From a candidate division WOR-3 bacterium (GTDB lineage: Bacteria > Hydrothermota > Tepidihabitantia > Tepidihabitantales > Tepidihabitantaceae), in the NCBI GenBank assembly GCA_965649225.1, contig CBFGJX010000021.1, forward strand, positions 1 to 46,368: a stretch of DNA of 46,368 bases. Reading direction: 5' to 3'. Below are positions 8,836-17,670 of the stretch, one piece after another (position 1 is the first letter of the stretch; every line of letters starts with the position of its first letter). The position numbers were made by a program, and so were the translations under genes. A model generated the notes under the pieces. The model saw only the letters and a list, made by a program, of their open reading frames with translations. It was not told the origin of the DNA and searched no databases.

Positions 8836-10284
8836 CTAGCCGAGCGTAACCTTGTGTCGGGCTGCGACCCCGCGGGTAGTGATAACGATCAGGTAGGTGC
8901 CGCGCTTCAACCGCTGACCACCCGGCCCGGTGCCGTCCCATGTCAAACTGTGATGTCCCGGTCCGACCGTACCGTCAAACAGCGACCGGACCGGTCGGCC
9001 GAGCATGTCAAAAACCTCTACCTGCACTGCGCCACCGACCGCCACCCAGTACTCGATCTGCAAACCACCCTGACGGATTGCCGGCCGGGCGCTGACAATC
9101 CGAACCCATTGCTCGGCACTGGCCTCGGTCGGCTCTGCTTCCGCTCGGGCGCCGCAGGCAAAAACCAGTGCCGGATACTCGCCACCGGGCAGTTCCAGCG
9201 CCGTGGCGACCCGTCCGCGCTCGGCCCGCGACAACGGCGCCACCAGCCAGCCGGCCAGACCAAGCGCCTGACTCTGGGCAAGCAGTTGAAATCCGGCGAA
9301 CCCGGCTTCCTGCAACGCCCGGCCATCAACGGTGTCGCCAACCGTGACGACAAAAAAATGCGGCGCTGCGCCGGGCAGACGGTCCACCGCTGCAGCCAGT
9401 TCCGACCGCCGGTCGCCGGCGAGAAAAGTCTCCAGCCGGTGCACCGGCCCGACGCCACTGTCGGGCTGGTTCCGGTAGCGACCGACTCCGGCCGGCCCGA
9501 CCGAATATACTCTCAACCCCTGCGGGTAGCCGGCGGCAACACCCGGAACTGTCAATGTCGGCCGTCCGGCAGCGGGCGGCTGCGCTGTCACGCCGCAGGC
9601 AGCCCAGAGCAGTTGACCAACGGTTTCTTCCGCCAGCTCGCCGGGAATGAAGGCGGAGTCCGGTTCCAGTCCGGCCAGCAACGTTTCAAAACTCTGCCTC
9701 CGGTCGATGCGCGGCGGCGGCAATCCGCCGGCAACTGCCCGCACCGCCGGTGTCCGTACCAGCGGCCGGGCGCTGGCGCGGCCGAAGGCGCACACTGCCA
9801 GCACCGGCAGCGTCGTTCCCCATTCGGCATTGGCATGCTCAACTGCCCACTTCAACGGCCCGCCGACCACTTCTCCGCCCCGTTCGGTGCGGAACGCCGC
9901 TGCCGCCAGCAGTCCGGCCTGCATGGCAATACCGGCATCTTCGTGCCTTCGGCCGGCAACACCGGCTTCAAACGCCGAACCGGAATTGTAACGGTGATCA
10001 CCGCCGCGCTGCAGCCGGAGCACATGTCCGGCCGGGTCGTAGCGCCAGAGATTGTCGGCGCGGGCAACATAAATCTCGCGCTCGGCCAGTCGCGGCGCCC
10101 GTGCCATCGCCCAGACCACGTTGGCCAGCACCTGCACCGGCAAGGAATCGGTGAAACCGGAATGCACCGAATAGCGGCTGTTGGCCAGCAGCTCCAGCGA
10201 ATGCTCATGCACCGCCGGCGCCGGCAGACTTTCAATCAGCCCCGGCCCGGCGAGGAAGATACAGACAAGCGTGAGCACCGCCAT
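8836..10284 (-). CDS. Putative secreted protein with two SagB/ThcOx-type nitroreductase-fold domains and a C-terminal FlgD-Ig-like domain
   Basis: Hydrophobic N-terminus; two copies of 'LPxP..S.E.L.....L....LLWA'; 'EAGFAGFQLLAQSQALGL'; C-terminal 'VFDMLGRPVRSL...GHHSLTWDG...GTYLI'. Confidence 0.7.
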   Translation of the reverse strand: MAVLTLVCIFLAGPGLIESLPAPAVHEHSLELLANSRYSVHSGFTDSLPVQVLANVVWAMARAPRLAEREIYVARADNLWRYDPAGHVLRLQRGGDHRYNSGSAFEAGVAGRRHEDAGIAMQAGLLAAAAFRTERGGEVVGGPLKWAVEHANAEWGTTLPVLAVCAFGRASARPLVRTPAVRAVAGGLPPPRIDRRQSFETLLAGLEPDSAFIPGELAEETVGQLLWAACGVTAQPPAAGRPTLTVPGVAAGYPQGLRVYSVGPAGVGRYRNQPDSGVGPVHRLETFLAGDRRSELAAAVDRLPGAAPHFFVVTVGDTVDGRALQEAGFAGFQLLAQSQALGLAGWLVAPLSRAERGRVATALELPGGEYPALVFACGARAEAEPTEASAEQWVRIVSARPAIRQGGLQIEYWVAVGGAVQVEVFDMLGRPVRSLFDGTVGPGHHSLTWDGTGPGGQRLKRGTYLIVITTRGVAARHKVTLG

Positions 10285-10290
10285 CCTGAT

Positions 10291-10319
10291 ATTCTATTCC
10301 GTGTGGCCGGACGGGTCAA
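10291..10319 (-). promoter_or_regulatory. sigma70-type promoter, probably leaderless
   Basis: TTGACC-N17-TAGAAT, ending 6 nt before ATG 10284; no SD. Confidence 0.6.
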
Positions 10320-10334
10320 GGCAACCCACTGCCA

Positions 10335-10973
10335 TCAGTCCTTGATACTGGCCTGAACCAGCTCGGTGTAGGATTCGTAAACATAACCCGGCATCGGCTC
10401 ACCGCGCACAAAAACCTTCAACAGCCCGGCATGATTACCGTACCACTGCTTGACAACGAGGTCGTTCACATCCAGCGCCAGCCGCCAAGCCTTGCGGTAG
10501 GTGCCGGCCGGGACCGTCAGGTCCTCCTGCTCCTCAACCGTGACCGTCGAACCGCCGGAATGCCACGACCGGTTCGCGGCCAGCGGCAGCACCAGCAGGG
10601 TATCCGGCACCGTATCGCTGAGGCTGGCGTAGCTGAGAATGCAGTTGCCCGCATCGCGGTAATAGCTGGTGTCGGCACCGGAAATGGTGTCAGGGCTGGG
10701 GAACCGCGTGTACCGCACCCAGTTCATCACAAACTCAACCACCTCGCCCCCGGCAGCAAGCTGCCTCTTGCCGGTCACCAGAATCTCGGTTGTACCGGTC
10801 GACGTCGTATCCAGCCCGGCGGTCGGCGTCTGAACTGTCGCCCAGTCGCGGTACGACCAGCTGCTGCCCACACCCATCGGAAAGTAGTCATCGGGCTTGA
10901 CGAGGTCACAGCCAGCGGTAAGCACTGCGGCCAGCGCCAGCACCGCAGCGGCAGAAAAACTTTTTTGCATCAT
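10335..10973 (-). CDS. Putative lipoprotein, unknown function
   Basis: Signal peptide with lipobox TAGC; 'DYFPMGVGSSWSY' and 'EDLTVPAGTY..AW' motifs; AAGGAG RBS. Confidence 0.75.
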   Translation of the reverse strand: MMQKSFSAAAVLALAAVLTAGCDLVKPDDYFPMGVGSSWSYRDWATVQTPTAGLDTTSTGTTEILVTGKRQLAAGGEVVEFVMNWVRYTRFPSPDTISGADTSYYRDAGNCILSYASLSDTVPDTLLVLPLAANRSWHSGGSTVTVEEQEDLTVPAGTYRKAWRLALDVNDLVVKQWYGNHAGLLKVFVRGEPMPGYVYESYTELVQASIKD

Positions 10974-11001
10974 CGGTTGCTCCTTTTTCGCCTGATTGTG
11001 G

Positions 11002-12132
11002 TTAGCGGTCACGCCGTCCACGCCTGACCGCGGTCTTCTTGGCTCCGGCCGGCGGCGGCTTCAGCCGCACCGGCGCGATAAACTTGTTCACCTCGCGGCA
11101 GAACTTCACTGCCGCCTTGTCACCCTTGCTGATCCAGCGGATGATCACCGGGTCAGCGGCGATTGCCCGGCGCGCGTCCGGCTCCAGTTCAACTGCCCGC
11201 TCCAGTGCTGCCACTGCCTCACTCGGACTGCCCAGCCCCAGCTGCGCCGCACCGGCAACCAGCCAGGCCGCAGCGCGGCGGTGATTGTCTTCGCCGGCCG
11301 CAACATCGGCCCTGCCCGCCGCCTTCAATGCGCCGTCAAAATCCCCGGCCTCGAGCAACGCCCGCGCCGTCTCATACTCGGCGGCAAAATCCCGCTCCGG
11401 TTCCGCTTCCATTTCCGGTTCGCCCGGCAGCGGTTCAGGCTCCGGCGCTGCTACCGGCTCGGGTTCGGGCTCAGGCTCTGGTTCCGGCTCCAACCGAACA
11501 CCGGCAGCCGGCTCGGGCCGGTTCTCGAGCGCTGCCAGCCGTTCCTCCAGACTGGCGGCCAGTCTTTGTACGCCCGCCACCGCCGCCTGCGCCGCCTCGG
11601 CACGACTGTTGGCATCACGACCGGCCCCGGCCGCTTCATCAATCGCCGCCCGCATTGCTGTCGTCTCGGCGGTCAACCGCTCAATCACCGCCCGCAGCTC
11701 CAGCACCTGCCGCTGGATGCCGGCGATGTCGGCCGGCCGGTGTTCGCCTACCTGCGCCCGCAGCGACGCCAGGTCGGCGTCAATTCGTTGCACCCCCTGG
11801 TCGCTCTCGGCCGCCTTCCGTTTGGCGCGCAGAATCTCATCCGACAATTCGGCAAACCGCTTTTCGGTCGCCAGGCGCAGGGTATCAATCTCGTTCAGCT
11901 TGCGGCCGTGGGCAAAAAGCTGCCACACTGCCAGCAATGCCACTGCCGCCACCAGCGCCCCGGCCACCAGTGCCCAGCGTGAAATTGTCCGGCTGGTCAG
12001 TTCCAGCGCTTCGGTTGCGGCAATGAAGGCATCCTGCTCGTTCCACTGGCCGTCGCCGTTGCGGTCGGTCGGAGCGGCCGCGGCGAAGCTGACCAGCAAC
12101 AACAGTAGTAACATTGCTCTTTTCAGCGTCAT
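11002..12132 (-). CDS. Membrane-anchored coiled-coil/TPR protein
   Basis: Signal peptide, DRNGDGQWNEQD loop, TM helix, Ala/Glu/Arg-rich heptads, (PE)n linker, TPR-like 'EAVAALERAVELEPD'. Confidence 0.7.
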   Translation of the reverse strand: MTLKRAMLLLLLLVSFAAAAPTDRNGDGQWNEQDAFIAATEALELTSRTISRWALVAGALVAAVALLAVWQLFAHGRKLNEIDTLRLATEKRFAELSDEILRAKRKAAESDQGVQRIDADLASLRAQVGEHRPADIAGIQRQVLELRAVIERLTAETTAMRAAIDEAAGAGRDANSRAEAAQAAVAGVQRLAASLEERLAALENRPEPAAGVRLEPEPEPEPEPEPVAAPEPEPLPGEPEMEAEPERDFAAEYETARALLEAGDFDGALKAAGRADVAAGEDNHRRAAAWLVAGAAQLGLGSPSEAVAALERAVELEPDARRAIAADPVIIRWISKGDKAAVKFCREVNKFIAPVRLKPPPAGAKKTAVRRGRRDR

Positions 12133-12192
12133 CTGTTCTCCCGCGTGTGCGCCTGTCGCTGGCGATTATGCGGCCGGGCCGGGCGAAGTCAA

Positions 12193-12223
12193 GCCGGCGG
12201 GTCGGTGTGGCCGACCCGCCGGC
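12193..12223 (-). terminator. GC-rich hairpin, putative terminator of the SurA/FG-GAP operon
   Basis: GCCGGCGGGTCGG-loop-CCGACCCGCCGGC, a 13-bp perfect stem about 20 nt after the stop at 12245; weak U-tail. Confidence 0.55.
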
Positions 12224-12244
12224 AAAGATTGTCGTCGCCGCGCG

Positions 12245-13405
12245 CTAACGGCAGACCAGCACCCGGGTCAGCGTCCTGCCCGCAACGATGAAGTAGCTGC
12301 CCGGTGCCAGTCCGGTCACGTCATTGCTGCCGGGGCTGAGCACCAGCACCCGCCGTCCGGCGGCGTCAACCAGCTCGGCTCGAACGTCTGTCTCAACGGG
12401 CTGCCACTCGAGCACATTCCGAACAACCCGACCCGGCACTGCCGGGCCGCCGAGCTCGGGCCGGACCGGTTCGGCCGTGCCGGTGTAGGGCGTGCCGCGG
12501 AACAACAGCACCATTCCGTCGTAGCCGCTGAGCAACAGGTCAGGGAAACTGTCGGCATTCCAGTAGCCAGGCCCGAGCCGCGAACCATAGGCATAGGGCT
12601 GCAGCGGCTGGATAAAAGTGCCGTCGCGGGTCCGCAGACTCTCGGGTGCCGCCAGCACCGGCCGGGCATTGCTGCCGGTGTTGCGGTAGAACCGGACATA
12701 GCCGTCGTTGGCACCGCAGATCAGGTCATTGACACCATCACGGTCAAGGTCAAACACATAGGGATTGACGCGATAGAGATTGATGTCGGCACCGGCCGCC
12801 TGGACGTGTTCATAGTTCAGGAACGCCGGCGCGCTGTCGGTGCCGATGTTAGGATAGAACCGGATATAACCGGTCTCGGTGCCGAGAATCAGGTCCTTCC
12901 TGCCATCGCCGTTCCAGTCCACCACCGCCGGCTGCGAGTTCGAACCAACGTCCAGCACGGTCGAGTCGGCCAGTCGGAACTGGTAGTAAGCGGTAAGCGT
13001 AGAGTCCGGATTGCGGACAAAGACATTGAAGTAGCCCTCGCGGTCACCGGACACAATGTCGTCAAGGCCGTCGGCGTTCCAGTCCACCACCTGTGGACTC
13101 GAACCGACGCATCAACCGTAGGGCAGGGTTATCGGCGACCCGCTCGCCTGCAGATATTCAAAACCGTTGAACTGCGGTGCGCTGTCCGGCCCGAAATTGT
13201 GATAGAACCGGATGTAGCCATAGCTGAACTGGCCCAGTATCAGGTCCTTACGGCCGTCGCGGTCCCAGTCCGCCATCACCGGCGCACCGTAGTAGCCGAC
13301 GTCAATCGGCACCCCGGCGTCGCGGACCGTATCCGGGCCGATAAAGGTGTAGCCCAGCCCCCGGGCCAGCGCCACCAGCATCAGCATCATTACCGCTGTC
13401 TTCAT
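12245..13405 (-). CDS. FG-GAP/VCBS repeat secreted protein with in-frame UGA (candidate selenoprotein, Sec98-Cys99), 386 aa
   Basis: ORFs 13112..13480 and 12245..13090 are in the same frame, separated only by TGA at 13114-13112. Joined protein: signal peptide, five 'D(W/L)xxDGxxDLxxG'-type repeats, C-terminal 'LVDAAGRRV...LAPGSYF' domain. GGAGG RBS before ATG 13405. Confidence 0.8.
13069..13109 (-). promoter_or_regulatory. Putative bacterial SECIS element
   Basis: mRNA after UGA: UG CGUCGG UUC G AGUCCAC [AGGUG] GUGGACU G GAA CG CCGACG. This gives a 7-bp perfect upper stem, a 5-nt loop with G at position 2 starting 19 nt after the UGA, and a lower stem of 6+3 bp. Confidence 0.7.
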
Positions 13406-13430
13406 TGTCTGCCTCCCTGCACCGGCGCGG

Positions 13431-14747
13431 TCATGACCGGTAGCGCCGGATGAAAATATCCTTGCGGGCGCGAGCAACATACTCGGCTACCCGCTCGGCC
13501 AGCCGCTGCTGGTAAAGATAGTTGCGGATTTCGTCCTGCATTTCCAGAAAATCCATCACCCGCTCATCTTCCCGCTCGATGACCTTGACGATATGAAAAC
13601 CGTGTTCGGTCAGCACCGGCGCGCTCACCGCGCCCTCGGCCAGCCCGGCCACCACCGTGTCGAACGGCGGGGTCAGCGTCGCCGGCACGAAATCGCCCAG
13701 CAGCCCGCCCGAGTCCGCGGTCACCGGGTCAGCCGAAAACTGCCGCGCCAGTGAATCGAACGCCGCACCGGCCAGCGCCAGCCGCCGCACCCGCTCGGCT
13801 TCGGCCCGCGCCCGGGCAGTGTCGGCGCGGCCGACCGGCACCCGGACCAGGATTGACCGGAACCGGACATTCGACCCGCTGCGCGACTCCAGCTTGACGG
13901 TCAGGTAGCCCTCGCGCGAGCGAAACGGTGGCGAAATCTGTCCCGGCTTGAGCTGAGCCAGCACCATGCCGATGTCCGGTGGCAGACTTTCCAGCGCCAC
14001 CCGGCCCCAGTCGCCGCCCCGGGGCGCCCGCCGCCGGTCATCGGAAAAAGAACCGGCAACAGTGGCAAAATCGCCGCCTCGGGCCAGGACATCCATTACC
14101 TCCATCATCCGGCGCTGCCCCGCCGATTCCGCCGCCGGCCCGGGCACGACCGGAATCAGAATGTGCGCCAAGCGCACCCGCCCCGGCACCCGGGCAATCG
14201 AGTCGCGGGCCGAGTTGTAAAACCGCTCGGCCTCGGCCGGCGAGATATAAATCTGCGTCAGCCCGGCCTTGTCCAGCAACCGGCGCGCGGTCAAGCGGCG
14301 GCGGGACTCTTCGATGTAACGCTGCCGCAGCGCCTTCTCGGTCATTCCCTCTTCGGCCAGTGCCCGCAGAAAACCCTCCCGGCCGCCCAGTCGTTCCACC
14401 AGCGTGGCAATCCCGGCATCGGCATCGGCCTGCGCCTCTTCCAGACTCACCTCAACCGACTCCACCACTGCCCGCTGCTGCAGCACTTCGTCATCAATCA
14501 GCCGCTCCAGTGCCGCCGCCAGCAGCACCGAATCCGGCTCCTCACGTTCGTACATCGCCAGCCGCATGAACAGCGCCGCCTGCTGCACCTCGCTGTTCAG
14601 AATCGGCCGGTCGCCGACGACGGCGACAATCGAATCGCAGTTGCCGGCCCGCGCCGCGGCGGTCAGCACCAGTGCCAGCAGCAGGCCGTACCGGCGGGCC
14701 CGCCCTGAACCGCGGACGCAGGAATCACTTGCCTTCAAAATAAGCAT
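13431..14747 (-). CDS. surA: SurA-like chaperone / peptidyl-prolyl isomerase (two parvulin domains)
   Basis: 'DSIVAVVGDRPILNSEV' SurA N-domain; 'LAHILI', 'FATVAGSFSDD..GGDWG', 'FDSLARQFSAD..GGLLG', 'PVLTEHGFHIVKV'. Start uncertain. Confidence 0.8.
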   Translation of the reverse strand: MLILKASDSCVRGSGRARRYGLLLALVLTAAARAGNCDSIVAVVGDRPILNSEVQQAALFMRLAMYEREEPDSVLLAAALERLIDDEVLQQRAVVESVEVSLEEAQADADAGIATLVERLGGREGFLRALAEEGMTEKALRQRYIEESRRRLTARRLLDKAGLTQIYISPAEAERFYNSARDSIARVPGRVRLAHILIPVVPGPAAESAGQRRMMEVMDVLARGGDFATVAGSFSDDRRRAPRGGDWGRVALESLPPDIGMVLAQLKPGQISPPFRSREGYLTVKLESRSGSNVRFRSILVRVPVGRADTARARAEAERVRRLALAGAAFDSLARQFSADPVTADSGGLLGDFVPATLTPPFDTVVAGLAEGAVSAPVLTEHGFHIVKVIEREDERVMDFLEMQDEIRNYLYQQRLAERVAEYVARARKDIFIRRYRS

Positions 14748-15573
14748 CGGGCCGGATTTCAATCTTTGCCTTGGCCCGCAGTTCGGAAAGCAGACTGTCC
14801 ACCAGCGCCTGTGCCTTGCGGTAGGCCAGAACCGCGTTGATGTATTCGGCGGTCTCGGCAAACGAGACTTCCGGCTTGACCTTCTTGCGGTCAATCAGCT
14901 TGACAATCTGCCAGCCTTCGCTGGTCGAAACTGCGCCGGAAACCTGCCCCGGCTGCAGCGAGAAAATCACTTCTTCCAGCTCCGGGTCGCCGCCCATCCG
15001 CGGGTCACCGACCCCACGCGAGAAATAGCGCGATTCCTGACCCCCGGCCAGCAGCTGGTCCTGCGACCGCTCCCGCGCCATCTTGGCGAAATCCGCCCCC
15101 GCCGCCAGTTCCGCCGCGGTCTGCGCTGCCAGTGCGCTGTCGGCCAGCACAATCCGGGCGATCTTCACCTCCCAGGTGAACTCTTCCTTGTGCTGATTGT
15201 AGTAATCGAACAGCTCCTGCTGGCTTGGCCTGGCGGCATCGGTCAGCCGGTCGAGCAGCTGATTCACCAGATAATCACGGCGCAGCCGCTCCAGCCGCGA
15301 CCGCATCTCCGGCTCCTTGTCCATGCCCCGCCGGACGGCTTCCTGATACAGCAGCGTATTGGAAACCCACTTGTCCAGCACCCGCGGCAGGTTGTCGCGC
15401 GTCACCTGAAACCCTTCCGGCGTCAGACTGTCAAGTTCCTCTTTGGTTATCCGGTCGGCGTTCACCATCGCAATCACCGTGCCCTTGGGCTTCGCCCCCG
15501 CGCGCTCCTGCGGGCAGCCGGCTGCCAGCAGCAGGACCAGCACTGCCCCGGTCAGTATTGTCGTTCGTTTCAT
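14725..15573 (-). CDS. PpiC-type peptidyl-prolyl isomerase lipoprotein (PrsA/foldase-like)
   Basis: Lipobox AAGC; 'IAMVNADRIT', 'GADFAKMARERSQD', 'GQVSGAVSTSEGWQIVKL'. Confidence 0.85.
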   Translation of the reverse strand: MKRTTILTGAVLVLLLAAGCPQERAGAKPKGTVIAMVNADRITKEELDSLTPEGFQVTRDNLPRVLDKWVSNTLLYQEAVRRGMDKEPEMRSRLERLRRDYLVNQLLDRLTDAARPSQQELFDYYNQHKEEFTWEVKIARIVLADSALAAQTAAELAAGADFAKMARERSQDQLLAGGQESRYFSRGVGDPRMGGDPELEEVIFSLQPGQVSGAVSTSEGWQIVKLIDRKKVKPEVSFAETAEYINAVLAYRKAQALVDSLLSELRAKAKIEIRPDAYFEGK

Positions 15574-15598
15574 TCGCACCTCATTTTCTAGTCAAATC

Positions 15599-16921
15599 TC
15601 ACCGTTTCCGGGTGGTCGTGCCGCCCGGCACCGCCCGGCGCAGTAACCGCTCGTCAATGCTGATGTCGGCCGCGCTGCGCAACCGGGCAATCAGGTCCCG
15701 GTAAAGCGAATCGCGCTGGGCCGCCTGCAACCGGTAGCGGATCATCCCGCTCACTGCCGCCGGGTCGGCATCAACGAAATTGTCCCGGTTCTCGGCATGA
15801 TAGGCCGCCACATCGGCATCGGTCACATTCACCCGTTCCGACACCTCGCGGCGGTAAAGCTCCTGATAGAGCAGGTCGGCGCGCTGTCGCTGCAGTGCCG
15901 CCCGCACCCGCTCGCTCTGGTCCAGCCCGCGCTCCAGTGCCTGCTCATACAGCAGGTCCTCCTCCACCTCGCGCCGCACCGTGTACTTCTTCATCGCCGC
16001 ATCCAGCGCCGGCGGAAACCGCCGTACCAGATGCATCAACCGGCCAACCTTGACATACTTTTTATTGTCCTTGATTGCCACCGGCACCTCGAGCTCGGCG
16101 GCGGTGATGGAATCCGCCGGTTTGCACATGATATCCAGCCCGGCCGGATTGAACTCCAGCCGCGCCCGCAGTTCGGAAAGAAAACTGTTCGCCAGCTCGC
16201 GCCGCCGCAGCTGCTTCAGCCGCCACTCCAGCTCCTGCCGGACTTCTCCCAGCGGTGGCGGCGGCGGGTCGGCTGCCCGGCGCGCCACCAGTTGCACAAT
16301 CTGCCAGGCATTGTCGAAAAACACCGGTTCGGTCCAGCGACCCGGCTCCAGCGGCATCACCTTCGACCGCAGCGGCTCCTCCACCATCAGCAGCGGCATG
16401 AAACCCAGGTTGCCGCCCTGCCGGGCGCTGACATGAGTCGAATACTGCACCGCCAGCGTCTCAAACGGCACGCCGTGCGCCAGCCGGGTCTGCACCACCC
16501 GCGCCAGACTTTCGCTCTTGACGGCAATCACCCGCAAGCTGACTTCGTTCTCCAGCAGCCGGTAGGCATTCTGCAGCTCGCCCTCACTGAGAGTGTTGCC
16601 CGGTGCGACCACGCTGTTGTACAGCTCCTGGGTCACGATCGCCTTCTTTTCCCGTTCCAGCGCCAGCGCGATGACGCTGTCCAGCCCGCGCCGCTCCGCC
16701 TCCTGCACGAACAGTTCCTTCACCACCAGTCCGTCCAGCACCGCCCGGCGCACCGAATCGCCGGCAGCACTGGTATCCATCGAACGCGGCAGGGCGTCGG
16801 CCAGCGCCGCGAGCGTAATCGGCCGGCCGTTCACGCGCGCCACCGCCGGCTCGGTCGGCCGCGCGGCACAGCCGGCCACAACCGCCAGCGCGGCACCACA
16901 AAGCATCAACAAATGTCGCAT
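15599..16921 (-). CDS. PpiC-type peptidyl-prolyl isomerase lipoprotein
   Basis: Lipobox VAGC; 'VARVNGRPIT', 'FETLAVQYS...GGNLGF', 'PGRWTEPV..DNAWQIVQL'. Start ATG 16921 lies 7 nt after TTGACT-N16-TATTGT. Confidence 0.85.
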   Translation of the reverse strand: MRHLLMLCGAALAVVAGCAARPTEPAVARVNGRPITLAALADALPRSMDTSAAGDSVRRAVLDGLVVKELFVQEAERRGLDSVIALALEREKKAIVTQELYNSVVAPGNTLSEGELQNAYRLLENEVSLRVIAVKSESLARVVQTRLAHGVPFETLAVQYSTHVSARQGGNLGFMPLLMVEEPLRSKVMPLEPGRWTEPVFFDNAWQIVQLVARRAADPPPPPLGEVRQELEWRLKQLRRRELANSFLSELRARLEFNPAGLDIMCKPADSITAAELEVPVAIKDNKKYVKVGRLMHLVRRFPPALDAAMKKYTVRREVEEDLLYEQALERGLDQSERVRAALQRQRADLLYQELYRREVSERVNVTDADVAAYHAENRDNFVDADPAAVSGMIRYRLQAAQRDSLYRDLIARLRSAADISIDERLLRRAVPGGTTTRKR

Positions 16922-17010
16922 CGGCAAGACAATAACTGGCACACCGGCGCAGTCAATCCGCGCCCGCCGGCCGAACCGGTAATGCCGCAGCCGGATTCGC
17001 TGCCGGCCGG

Positions 17011-17670
17011 CTATTTCTTCGGCCCCGGCGTTGAATCCTTCGGCGGTGGCGGCAGCGGCTTCTCGGCCAGGCGGAACTTGAACGAGCTGATCTGGCCGTG
17101 CTTGGCGCGGCTGTTTGCCGAGCGCGGGTTCACTGCCAGAATCGCATCATAGGTATCGCCCGCGACCATGCCCGGAATCGCCAGCCCGGCGACCTTGGGG
17201 AACTGCAACGGATAGACAAACTCCATCACCGTTACACCGGTCTCGTCATCGCGGTCGATGTCCCATTCTTCCATGATGCTGTCCGAGCCCGGAATCGGCG
17301 CATGCGAATATCCCTTGCCCAGTTCATTGAAGACTTCGGTCGATTCGTCGGTATAGTAGCCCATCACGATATTCGCGCCGTCCATGGTCGGCGACCCGAA
17401 ACCGATGGCCATCCAGCCCTTGCTGCGCGACTCCAGCGCAACGTAGATAAACTCGTCGTCAAAACCCCAGTGAACCTTCAACCCGGTCTTCTTGTCGGCA
17501 TAAGTTGCTGGATACTCCGGCGCTTCGCCCTCTTCGACCTCTTCCAGCATTCCATCCACCGACACCCGCTCGCTCATCAGGGAATCATAAGGCACTTCCG
17601 GAATCGGCTTCGGCTGAGCCACCAGCACCGCCGACACCACCAGCAACGGCAACAGCCAACGTGAAATCAT
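17011..17670 (-). CDS. DOMON domain-containing secreted protein
   Basis: Signal peptide MISRWLLPLLVVSAVLVA; DOMON-type 'IYVALESRSKGWMAIGFGSPTMDGANIVMGY', with His residues in 'YSHAP' and 'AKHG'; AAGGAG RBS. Confidence 0.75.
   Translation of the reverse strand: MISRWLLPLLVVSAVLVAQPKPIPEVPYDSLMSERVSVDGMLEEVEEGEAPEYPATYADKKTGLKVHWGFDDEFIYVALESRSKGWMAIGFGSPTMDGANIVMGYYTDESTEVFNELGKGYSHAPIPGSDSIMEEWDIDRDDETGVTVMEFVYPLQFPKVAGLAIPGMVAGDTYDAILAVNPRSANSRAKHGQISSFKFRLAEKPLPPPPKDSTPGPKK

Noticed and set aside
1501..10284. RiPP (azole peptide) cluster suggested by TldD/E plus SagB-like domains
   Set aside because: No YcaO, E1-like or RRE protein and no precursor peptide; the SagB-like protein looks secreted and is separately promoted.
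11430..11495. Short tandem repeat region
   Set aside because: Encodes an ordinary (Pro-Glu)n linker with synonymous variation, not a DNA element.
13112..13114. Genome-wide UGA reassignment (code 4 or 25) as the explanation for the in-frame TGA
   Set aside because: Many intact genes here end at TGA at their expected C-termini (ppdK, ilvE, both kinases, the ZnuA/ZnuC-like genes), and no other gene shows an internal TGA.
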